From the NCBI RefSeq assembly GCF_046119375.1, contig NW_027362761.1, positions 1,163,058,001 through 1,163,122,000 on the forward strand: a stretch of 64,000 bases of DNA. The letters run 5' to 3'. The notes beneath the pieces were generated by a model. It was not told the DNA's origin. It was given only the letters and a program-made list of their open reading frames with translations, and did not search any database. The first letter of the stretch is position 1; each line of letters starts with the position of its first letter. Below are positions 47,373 through 59,500 of the stretch, piece by piece. The stretch comes from Phyllobates terribilis. Lineage: Eukaryota. The position numbers and the translations under genes were made by a program.

Positions 47373-48059
47373 CAGAATTCATTGCATTCTGGCAAATAAT
47401 TGGAGACATTGTCCCTGAAAAACATAGACAGTGAGGTGATTGGCTCCTGGAAAAATGAGAGGCTTAAATCACAAAATGGCTGCTGTCAAAGGAATTTCAT
47501 TCAAAAGCGGTATTCTAATAGAAGTGAATGGGGACCAAGAGATTTGGAAAAAAATGTTGCATGGCGTTTACCATTCACTTCGATTTAATGGGTTGTTCGG
47601 ACAAATGATATTGATCCTTAAAAATGGTCATCAATATCATGTCTACAGGGGTCCGACACCCAACACCCGGCCCCACAGATCAGCCGTTGTCAGCTAACTT
47701 GCAATGGAGCCATCCGCAGATCTTTGCAGCAGCTACTACACAGTTTTCGGACTGTTTCGGCTCTGTTCACTGTCTACATCCTGCCGTAGCTGGTGATGGC
47801 TGATCAGTGGAGGTGCCAGGTGTTGGACTACCACCAATCTTATATTAATCACATATCCAAAAGATGGATCATCAATATAATGAGGTTGGTCAACCCCTTT
47901 AAATGGCTCAATACACATTGAAGCCAATGGGTGCAGTCCAGCTGTCCCCAAAAATGTCTGTCAGGGAACACGTAGAGTAAAAAGAAAGTTCAATTCTAAT
48001 ATTGTCAAGGCTACCAACTGTCCTGGGTCCAGAAAGACAGTCCCGGATTTGGGGAGCTG

Positions 48060-49520
48060 TGTGTGGAGGATATCATAATGAGTGACGAGGCACTATAATA
48101 TGGAGGAGGCACTGCGGGGCATCATTTTTGGGGAGTGCTATGGGGAATACACTATGGGGGCATCATTCACTGTGAGGAGATCACACTGTGTGGGGGGCTC
48201 TGTGGGGCATCATACTGTATGGTGGGTACTGTCGGGGCATCATACTGTGTAGAAGGAAACTATAAAATGGAGGAGGCATAATTTATGGAGAGTACCATGG
48301 GGTACATGCAGGGGCATTATACAGTGAGTGTGAGGGGTATCATACTGTATGGTGGGCCTTATAATGTGTGGCAGTTACCATAATATGGGGTAGGCACAGC
48401 AGAAGCATCATTTATGGTGAGTACTATGGAGGAGCACTGCAGAAGCTTCATACTATGGGGGGGAGCATTGCGGGGGCATCATACTGTATGTAGGGCACTG
48501 GAGGCATCTTAATGTGTGGAGAGGCACCATAATATGGAAGAGGCAGAGTGGAGCATTATTTATGGGAAACACTGTGGGGGAGCATACTATGTGGATGGTA
48601 CTGTGGGGGGCATCATACTGTCTGGGGGGAATATACTGTGGGTACATCATACTGTATTTGGGGAGCACTGTGGAAGCACCATACTGAGTGAGGGGCATAA
48701 CACTGTGTGTGGGGGGGGGGGGTGCATCACACTGTGTAGATAGAACTGCAGCACGGTGGCTCAGTGGTTAGCACTGCAGCCTTGCAGCGCTGGGGTCCTC
48801 GGTTAACAATCCCACCAAGGACAACATCTACAAGGAGTTTGTATTTTCTCCCCATATTTGCGTGGGTTTCCTCCGGGTTCTCCGGTTTCCTCCCACACTC
48901 CAAAGACATACTGATAGGGAATCTAGGTTTTGAGCCCCAATGGGGACAGTGCTCATAATGTCAGTAAAGCGCTGTGGAATTAATGGCGCTATATAAGGAA
49001 GTAAAATAAATAAATAAAATAAATAAACTGTGGGGGCATCATACAGTGTGAGGAGCACTGTGGAGCCACCATAATATGGAGGAGGCACTGTGGGGGCATT
49101 ATTTGTGGGGAGTACCATGAGGGACACACTGTGGGGGCATCCTACTGTGTGTGAGGGAATGTACTATGTGAGGGAATCATACCGTATAGCATGCACTGTG
49201 GGGGCATCATACTGTGTGAGGAGCACCATACTGTGTGGGGGGAATGGCACCATAATATGGAGGAGGCACTGTGGGGGGAATTATTTATGGGGAGTACCAT
49301 GAGGGATACACTGTGGGGGTGTCATACTGTTTGGGGGAATGAGCACCATAATATGGAGGAGGCACAGTGGGGGCATTGTTCTGTGTAAGGGAATGTACTA
49401 TGTGGGGGCATCATACTGTGTGGGGGGAAGGGCACCATAATATGGAGGAGGCACTGTGGGCGCATTATTTGTGAGGGATCATACTGTGTGAGGGAGTCAC
49501 TATTGGAGCCGGGTACCGTG
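48060..49520. repeat. Degenerate CACTGTGGGGGCATCATACTGT repeat field with an embedded dispersed repeat (~48745-48995)
   Basis: Recurrent motif; CACCATAATATGGAGGAGGCACTG also recurs. Confidence 0.8.
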
Positions 49521-49999
49521 TGGACATCTTTTGGAGGCCATACTGATGGGGCCACATATGGACTTCCACCAGGGGCACTATTTCTGTGAGGGGACACAAA
49601 TTACTGGGCGAGTTTCGTCTATGTGTGGTTTAGCTGAAAACAACATTTGTGACCCTCTTACAAACTTGGGAGGTACAATATTGTCCAATCAGAAGCGACC
49701 CCGTGGGTGCGTGAAAGCCGATAATGACGCCATGTACATTTATTAACTTTACAATGGGGTCCTATGAGCGATGCAAGGCTTCTATTGGAGGGGCAGGTGA
49801 GGACCCCCAGGACATAAATCTGCGAGAGCAGCTAAAACTTAATGTGAACAATGCCTGATACCATGGACAGACGCCATCATAAACCACAATAATAAAGATC
49901 CAGATGACACATAGCCAGTATGACACCACTATTGCAGTCAGTAAATCATGGCTTCCATCCCTTTATTAACTACTTGTCTCTTTCCTTCCTTTTATTTTA

Positions 50000-50145
50000 G
50001 CGCCAAAAAAACTCCTCGTATTATGGCGCGGAATCGCTTCAAAACTCTACACAACCACAAAGCCTCAACAACCAATCAGATGAGAGAACCAGCAACTTCC
50101 GTTCCCGCCCACCAGTTAACTGGCAGCGAGATCCAACCAATAGTC
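50000..50145 (+). promoter_or_regulatory. SLBP: SLBP promoter: E2F sites and CCAAT boxes
   Basis: GCGCCAAA (reverse complement TTTGGCGC) at 50000; GGCGCGGAA near 50025; CCAAT near 50071 and 50136. Consistent with a G1/S gene. Confidence 0.55.
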
Positions 50146-50500
50146 TTTCACTTTTCCCGGAATACTGCGTAGCGTGTGGAACGTTCCAAAAGCATTGTTT
50201 TGGAGGGGTGGCATATTTGTTTTCCACCCTAAAATATATTTTTTTAGTGCAGATAAATCTTAAAATTCATCACAAAACTCTAGTTATTTAACATATTTTT
50301 ACATTTTTCTAAAAGTAAGTGAAATTTTTTTTTAAAAAAAGGGATAAATGGATTGTGTCTTGATTTGTACCTCCCCTCCTATTGTCCTGCAGTGGTATAT
50401 TCCGGCTTGGTCAGTTAAAGGTGTCTGTTTCTGGCGCGCTTCGCTCAGTAGGTGGAGAGCGGAGCGTTGTGAAGCTGGTGCTGTAGGAAGTATCGCAGTC

Positions 50501-50538
50501 ATGTACAGCCACAGGGAAAACCGCACTGAAGACCGCCG
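50501..50538 (+). CDS. SLBP: SLBP coding exon 1
   Basis: [12 protein letters not shown](R)|gtaagt; phase matches exon 2. Confidence 0.8.
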
Positions 50539-53500
50539 GTAAGTTGTGCTCTCTGGAGGGGATCGTGCTTGGTCTGTAACGGTTCTTAGAATTCTGTGGT
50601 CCTGTCTGTTGCTTTCCTGTTTTTTTTTTTTTTTTTTTATTCAATAACTTTATTAGCAATGTTCATTTACAGTAAATTTTAATAAAGGGTAAACAATATA
50701 TATTTTTTCTGTTGCACCAAAGTAAAGTCTGTAAATGTAGGTGCTTAGGAGTTGTTAGTGTCCCCACCAGCAACCAACACCGCTCTCCTTTATGATATCC
50801 ACATTGGTATGCTGTGATCTTCTCCCTATTACCTGATTCTGTGCCCAATTCATTTTTTATAACCTGTAAATCACTTTTTGTTACTTAAAAGCAATGGTTT
50901 TCCAAGATGGACCCTCCCTTTAAGAGTGGCTATGCATGGCTGTAAGTGTGCCTTTAAGGCGCCGTCCATTGTTGTGTATCTGAGGGGCAGGCAGGTGTCC
51001 TCTATAGGCTTCTGTGGTAAAATAGTGAAGTAAGAAACTATTAGTACACTATTGATGGGTTCATTTATATATTTCCTTCAAAGAGCCATAACTTTCTCTG
51101 TAGCCATGGGTGTTTTTTTAAAGGACTAGGTATGTATGTATGTTTTGTACAATTGCACACAAAGCAATTCAAAATTGTGTATAGAACATTTTTCTATTTT
51201 CATATATTTATATTTTTTCATATATATTGTATTTTGAGGAGGAAAACCCAAACACTTTTTTTTTTAAATAAAATGTTGGTGAGTCTTATGCGCTTTTACG
51301 GTAGCTTACCTGGGGTGAGGGGGTGCGGTGGAGCAGGGTCGCTGCTGTAGGAAGCTGGTGGAGACAAAAGATGCTGTGGGATTCGGGTTGGTAGGAGGTG
51401 GTCTGTGGAGGCAGGAGATGCTGCGGGCCCCGTGCTGGGAGAGGGTGTCCCGGCGGTGCGAAGCTGCGGGCCCCGTGCTGGGAGAGGGTGTCCCGGCGGT
51501 GCGAAGCTGCGGGCCCCGTGCTGGGAGAGGGTGTCCCGGCGGTGCGAAGCTGCGGGCCCCGTGCTGGGAGAGGGTGTCCCGGCGGTGCGAAGCTGCGGGC
51601 CCCGTGCTGGGAGAGGGTGTCCCGGCGGTGCGAAGCTGCGGGCCCCGTGCTGGGAGAGGGTGTCCCGGCGGTGCGAAGCTGCGGGCCCCGTGCTTCCATA
51701 AAATTTCGGTGGTGAGTGGAGCCCCCTTCCCATTAACTTTCCTGCGGTGGGCTTCGGGAAAATGGTGGCCGGAGGAGATGTGTGCGCAAATTGAGATCTC
51801 AAGACCTGACTCCCAAGATCTCAATTTGCGCATGCGCCGCCTCTTTTATGAAAGCCCAGGTCCAGCAGCATCACTGTTATAGGGGAAATAATTTATACTT
51901 TTTTTTCCTTATTCCCTTTATAGGAATAAATCCTGCAATCTCTTGCTCACTTATTCGGTGTACTGCTATACCACAATACTGTAGCACAGTGTTAAATTGA
52001 GGATCTTTTAGGAAGTCCAGCCAAGTTCTAACATGGGAAACACTGAGGACCTCCAGTAGGTCCTCAGCTGCCATGGCAGCCCTTGCTTTAGATCAGGGGT
52101 CTCAAACACGCGGGCCGCATGCGGCCCCTGAGGCTGCTTTATGCGGCCCGCAGGCACAGACCCCTTGACGATCCCGACCTGGTCCAGGAGGAGCCGCCGA
52201 CAGCAGCGCTGAATTGCCGCACAGAGACGGTCTCCCAGCACTGCATTTCCAATGCCAGCCGCTGGCCAATCAGAGGCCAGCAGCTGATATCTGCGTGTCG
52301 GCGCAGCGAGTATGACGTCATTGCCATATGCAGATGTCAGCTGCTGGCCTCTGATTGGCCGGCGGCTGACATTGAAAATGCTGTGCTGGGAGACAGTCTC
52401 TGTGCGGCAATGCAGCGCTGCTGTCGGCGGCTCCTCCTGGACCAGGTCGGGATCGTCAAGGGGTCGGACTCTGTGGTGCCTGCGGGCCACATCTGCAGGA
52501 AGGCTGCCGAGGGAACGGAGGACAGGTGAGAATCATCTTTTTTTTTTTCTATTTTGTGTGTGAAGAACAACACAGGGGGCACATAGCCACAGGATGGGGA
52601 CCTGGATGGGGCACATAGCCACAAGAGGGGACCTGGATGGGGCACATAGCCACAAGAGGGGACCTGGATGGGGCACATAGCCACAAGAGGGGACCTGGAT
52701 GGGGCACAGAGCCACAAGAGGGGACCTGGATGGGGCACAGAGCCACAAGAGGGGACCTGGATGGGGCACATAGCCACAAGAGGGGACCTGGATGGGGCAC
52801 ATAGCCACAAGAGGGGACCTGGATGGGGCACAGAGCCACAAGAGGGGACCTGGATGGGGCACATAGCCACAGGATGGGGACCTGGATGGGGCACATTAGT
52901 ACAAGATGGGGACTTGGATGGGGAACATTACTACAAGATGTTTTCCATTATTACTATATGATGCTAATTGTAAGACAATATTACTGTATGTGGCCAATTG
53001 GGGGAAATAAAATTGTAAAAAAAATAAAAAATAAAATAAAGCATGAAAAAATATTGGGCACTAAAAATGCTGTTTTATATGTAAACTAAAGTAAACACAA
53101 AAAAGTGCACGTTTATTATCGCCACATCCATAACGACCCAAGCCATAAAAAAATAAACACGGCAAAAATGTTCAAAAGGTGTATACAAAAAAAAATGGTA
53201 TCACTAAAAATGTCACATTGAACAAAGAATGCGGCCCCCCAAATTCAAATTTTTTCCATGTGCGGCCCATATACCCAGCCGAGTTTGAGACCCCTGCTTT
53301 AGATAGTGTGGTCAATGGATGCCATGTTGATGTCTCACTTTTTTTTTTTTTTAAATGCCCCTGACATGCTTTCCTGTAGCATTTAAGAGGTTAAACTTGC
53401 TATCTGTGAGGGTCTCGCTGCTTTGCCCCCTCTAGCGATACATTTTATCACCTGCCTTTATCTTTGTGTAGATAAATTCATTGGTTAATTTTCTGTAAAA

Positions 53501-56500
53501 AAAATAATTTGTTTGTTTCCCCCTTGTAGATCTGAAGCGCCCGCCCGCTGGTCGCAGGGACGAAAGCGCCGATTAGGTGGTGATTTTAGGCGCCATAATG
53601 ATGAAGAGCAGACGATATTCGACGAAGAGAAGCCGTCCAGCAGCTGTGACCAACGTCCTGACAGGTGCGATGGGTTTACATTCATCGTTACAGAATTCCC
53701 CTTTGTTTAAATTTAATCTATATTAAAGGGGTATTCCACTTAACCCTAGAACGCATGACCATAAAAATCTACACTTTCACATACCTGGGGCCTTTTAGAC
53801 CAGTGTGCAAATAACATGGAATAACTCAAACAACAATGACAAACAACTATATACCTGAGGAATACCTAGAGTTTAAAAATTCTAACTAAAGTAATCTTGC
53901 AGAAAATAGAAAACAATTAACAGGGCGGGCCTGCGAGGCCCCAGGTATGCCTTCTAGGGTTGAAAATAATTCCACATGCTGTAAAATGCCAAAAATAACA
54001 GTATAGTTGCCTTCCTTGAGTCCAATGCCAGCTCCCCGCCGCAGCTGCTCTGTTCTCATTCATGTTGCCAATCACTGAGCTTAGATGGTCTACCATGGTC
54101 ACTGCTGACCTCAGTGATTGGCTGCAGAGGTGACGCACTGTTTATGTGAAAATCTAGCAGTGGAGGAGAGCAGGTGCCGGACATGGCAAATGAGTACAGT
54201 CTACATGTTTAGGTTTTTTTTAGAGCTTTGAGTCAATTTTTCTGAATGCAAGAATCCCCTTTAAGATGGAAAATGTAAGAAAGCAGTGTCTTAAAGGGGC
54301 TGTCCAGTCCTTGTATATTGAACTATTTAAAGCTCCATACACCCCCCCCCCAGTGGCTGTTCTTAGGTACTGCAGCTGTGATCATGCACCACAATGGGAG
54401 CTGAGCTGCTGTTCCTGAGAACAGACCCTAAAGCGTAAGGAGCCAGTGTTTTGGCCTCAAACAAAACCTGCATATAGCTGATTGATGTCGGACCCCCCCT
54501 TCATAATTGGGAACAGGAATGATTTGGTGGGGCTGATCATGGACTCGTCTAAATGTGCCTTTGATTAGTTTATTTTCCCCAGAAGCTTTTTATCTCTGGG
54601 CGTTTGCAGCTTGTACTATTAAGCTAAATATATTTGTAAACTTATTTTTTGTTTTTTTGCAACTTACCGACTTGCTGTTAGCTGTCTGTAGACAATGTAA
54701 TATTGCAGTATTGTATTCCTGGCGCTGACGGGGATGCCATTACTCAATCTGTGATTGATTTATTAGGCTGATCTCTCGGCCTTCCTTTCCTATCAGCTTC
54801 ACCACACCAGAGAGCCACAAGCCGGTGTCCAGATGTAAGGACTGGGGCTCAGCCGTGGAAGAGGAAGAACTCCTGATGGAAACCGTGGAGAAAGACTTGG
54901 CAAAGTAAGAGCGAAAAATCCAATATCTCATTTCTATCTGCATGGGGTTTCTGTTCTGTTCCCTTCGGGTTTAAAATCCACTTACATCCTTGCTCAATGC
55001 GGGCACGAGTCTGCAGGATGCTCCTTCTCAGATTATGCATCCTCTGCAATGGTAAAAAGCATTTTTGCAGCAGATTTATTGGAAAAAATCTCTTTAATCT
55101 GAACCCTCAACTCTTGAAGGATCGGGAACATTTTTGTTCACTTTCCTTTCCTTCCCCTTTGTAAGTGTTTTGTCTCATCGATTGAAGTGCGAGAGCTTGT
55201 TTTTTTGCAGGACGAGTTGTAGTTTTGAATGGCACCTATCATTTTACCTTAAAACATACTGAATTGTGAGCAAAAAAAATCCAAGTGGGAGGAAATGATG
55301 CCAGTTCTGGCATTGATTTTTTTTTTTTCTTTTTGTTTTTACGGTTTTCACTTGCAGTAAGTGAGCTGGAAACATGATTGTCCCCATCAGTCCAATTATG
55401 GCGATGCTGAACATGCTTCACTTTATTTTTTTGTGACTTTAAAGAAATTCACAATGTTGTATTTTTCGTTGTGGAGTTTATTTTTTCCAAGTGGCGATTN
55501 NNNNNNNNNNNNNNNNNNNNNNNNNNNNNNNNNNNNNNNNNNNNNNNNNNNNNNNNNNNNNNNNNNNNNNNNNNNNNNNNNNNNNNNNNNNNNNNNNNNN
55601 NNNNNNNNNNNNNNNNNNNNNNNNNNNNNNNNNNNNNNNNNNNNNNNNNNNNNNNNNNNNNNNNNNNNNNNNNNNNNNNNNNNNNNNNNNNNNNNNNNNN
55701 NNNNNNNNNNNNTTTTTAGGGAGTTGACAATGTAATAAATTCCATATTTTACTAGATCGGACTTTAACCAATGCTGCAGAGCTAAATGTTGATATTTTTC
55801 CTTTGTCTTGGGGGTTAACCTGGGCTAAATTAAAAATTTTGATATTTTTAATTTTCTATATTTTACTTTTTTTTTTGTCCCCTAATGAAACTTGTACCTG
55901 TTTGGTCGCGTATACTATATACCGTACTTTGCGGATAAGACGCACCCCAAATTTTGGGGTGTAAAATAAAAAAATAATTTTTTTAAAGTGGTGCACCTCA
56001 TAATCCTTTTTACCAGGGGGGCAGTTGTGGAAAGGGAGGTCATATATACTGGAGATTAACGATGTTGTGGCCCTGGCAGAGGTGAGGTTCCCTAACCTGT
56101 CTATAGCCCTGCGCTGTGCTTCGGCAAAATGGCCGCCGGAGCATGCATAGATTGAGTTCTCTATAGACTAGATCCTAATCTGCGTATGCTTCGGCGGGCA
56201 TTTTGCAGAAGTGCAGGGCTATGGACGGGTTAGGGAGCCTCGCTGCAGCCACCACCAACCTACTTTATCTGGGACCCCAATCCAACGCCCCCCCAAGGTG
56301 AAATCTGTAAGTTCGCATTATAAAACGCACTCCCTTTTTCCTCCAAAATTTGGGGTAAGAAAGTGCAACTTATAATCTCCAAAATACGGTAATTTAATAT
56401 CTGCATTGAATTATATAATAAAAATCTGTTCCGTATGGAGCGGAGCTTCACAGTACAGCAGAATTAACAGTGAAAGGGATCTTGAGCAGATCCCCAGTTA

Positions 56501-59500
56501 ATAGTAATCGGTCCCCCACAAAGTGAAAGTACAGAAACTTTAATGTGGATTTTTTTTAATTTGTATATAAAATGTTTTTTTTCTTTGTATGACAGGTACA
56601 GGAGAAAACTGCTCGTTAATGAGCCGGGTGCAAGAGAGCGGAGATTGTCGTCTGGGAGGTACGCTGCTTCCTTCTATGTTCTGTCCTAGGATAGAAGTGT
56701 TGTATGGGCTTTTTTGGATGTTCTTGAAATAAGAGAAACTCTTACTTATCCATGATATTGCCATTCGGTCCTGCAGTCACATAAATCACCCACATGATTG
56801 ATGCAGCTACTTGCTGGCCTCAGCGTTCATGTAGTAGACGTGTCAATGTTTGGCTGCAGTGGTCAGTCATCGTGGCCGTGATAGAAGCGGGTCCGGACCC
56901 AATTAGTGGTGACTCACGTGTAGGACATAGTTCGGAACACCTTTTGGATGTGCTGTACGTGTATAAGATGGGAAGACCCCATTAAGTCATTCTGTACTGT
57001 TTATCCTTTGGCTATTAACCCCTTTACTCCTGGGCCAGTTTCCAAATTTTGCTCCCCTTCTAAGAGCCATTATTTTTGTAGTGAAAAAAAAAACGTAAAA
57101 AAAAATTTTTGAAGATTTTTTTTTATTTGTCACAATTTTCCGAGACCCATAATGTTTTAATTTTTTGGGAACTGGGGCCGGGTGAGGGCGCTTTTGCACC
57201 CTAAGCTGACATTTTTATTTATACGGTTTTATGGTAGATAAAAACATTGTATCCGCCTTATTGGATTTTATTGCAATGTTGCGGCGGCCCCAAAAAAATA
57301 ATTTTGGCTTTTTGATTTATTTTTTTTTTATTTTCTCGTTACTCCGTTTTCCGGTTACATATGTTTTTATTGTTTCAGTGTTTCTGAACTCAGCGATTCC
57401 AAATGTTAATTTTTAATTTGATTATCAATGGGGCAAAAAACTTTTCTGTTTTCATAAATTTCCCTTTACTGTATTTTAAAGTCCCCTTTTTAAAGGAATT
57501 GACGCTGCGATCGTCCGATCGCTTGTTCTGTACATAGCAGCCCGCTTGAAAGTCAGGGACACTACATTTGACAAAATATACGTCATGTATCATAAAAGGG
57601 GTTATTGCCGGGTGGCGATATTACTGGTTTTCAATTTTCCAAGCTTTTTTTTTAAGTCTTAAAATATTTTTTTTTTTTTTTTTACTAAAGCTCTGATTCA
57701 AAGGAATCAAAGGATTCTTCAAACCCAGGAGAAATGGAAACCGATCCGGCGATTCTCGCCAGGAGACAAAAGCAAATAAACTACGGAAAGAACACAATCG
57801 CATATGACAGATACATACAAGCTGTGCCGAGGTAATAACTTTATCTTTTAAGTAATTTATCTGATCACTTTTTATAATGGTCGTGGCTCTTTGGTGGGTT
57901 AAACATGTCAAGTGCACCAAACTTTGCTATATTAGCCCCTTTCCAACAATAAATCCATGCTATTTTAGATGTGGCTGTATGCGGCATGAACCAAAGGGCC
58001 TTATGGCCTCCATCTGTGTATTCCCTTGGTCAGACTGCGGCCACGCTTCATGAGAGATGGTCATGGCAATACTGAATCCTTACACTGTATAGTAAAGTTC
58101 AAGGGAACGAAAGTGAGTTGGCTATAAAAGTAAAAAAAACTTACATGGGAAAAATGCTGTAAACCTGCAAGTATGGTGTCAATAGTCTAAAGCCATGTGG
58201 CCGTTGCACTGAAGGAAAACCTTTGTTTTAATGGTGAAAAAAGTAATTGAAGTTTTTTTTTTGGAACCCATAAGTTGTTTTTCTTCAATGCTTGAGTGGA
58301 CTGAAATCACAAATTTAGATTTTAATTTTTTTTTAACCATGCTGTGAAGACGAGGCACAACTTAATCCCCCTTCCCCATAATTTAACCTTGCATTATATG
58401 GTAAAACGGAGTTGTTTAAACCTAACTTTTCCTGCAAAATAGAAAAAAAGCAGTCCTACTATTTTTTGCAGAAGCAAGTTTTCTTTGTAAGTTACTGGAG
58501 GAACAAGGCAAAGCTCAAATATTTGCCCAGTCTGGGAAAGGTTAGCCATTTATTTAGATGGCTGGAATTATGCATTTTTGCTTTTTAAAGAACTGTTATG
58601 CCTGTTACTTTGCTGTATATGTAAACTGATTTGTGCTATTTTTTTTTTCTCTTGCTAGACAATCGCGACAGCAAAAAGTTCATCCACGGACCCCAAATAA
58701 ATTTAAGAAATACAGCCGCAGATCTTGGGACCAACAGATTAAACTTTGGCGTATTCAGCTACATGCGTGGGATCCTCCAAAACAGGATGTGGATGATCTG
58801 CAACCATTGTAAGGAGCTTTATTGCTTCTCTTATACTTTCTACAATAGATGCCGGTGGGAATTCTGTGACTACAGCTGCCACTATTCAGTCATTTTGCCT
58901 GGCGTTATTATACATTCATGCTCATGTGTACTGAAATCTGACATGAAATAATGTTGGGGTTCAGCTGCTGGAGACCATGTTGCAACTCTTAAAAAGGATG
59001 TGGTGGGTTGGTGATCATATATGATTAATGGACCTTTCACCTCAAACAATCAGTCCATTTTCCTTTCCTGGAGAACATGTTGGCATCCCCTAAAGAAAAA
59101 AATGAAAATAGACGGTCTTCCTCTGTCCTATCTTTCATAGTAGGGGGACAGCATTTACCGGTGGTTCTTGTCCTGTTACTGGAATATCTAACTGCCCAAT
59201 GATTGCCCCATACTTAAAGGGGTATTCCCGTCTCCAAGATCCTATCCCAATATGTAGTAGGTGTAATAATATTAGCAAATACCTCCAATTAGAAATGTAG
59301 TATAGTTTTTCTGATTTGCTGTCTTTCCTCATGTGCAGACATCGCAGGACCTTAGGTATCCATGGTTACGACCACTGATGGTCAGTTAGTTGCTAATGGT
59401 CATAACCCTAAGGTCCTGCGATGCCTGCACATGAGCTAAGAGAGATAGCGAATCAAAAATACTATACTATATTTCTAATTGGAGACAATATCTAATATTA

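Noticed and set aside
51286-52961. Repeat-rich ORFs in SLBP intron 1
   Set aside because: Derived from the 43-bp and 31-bp tandem repeats and the hAT inverted repeat.
55361-55771. ORFs containing X runs
   Set aside because: Artefact of the N gap.
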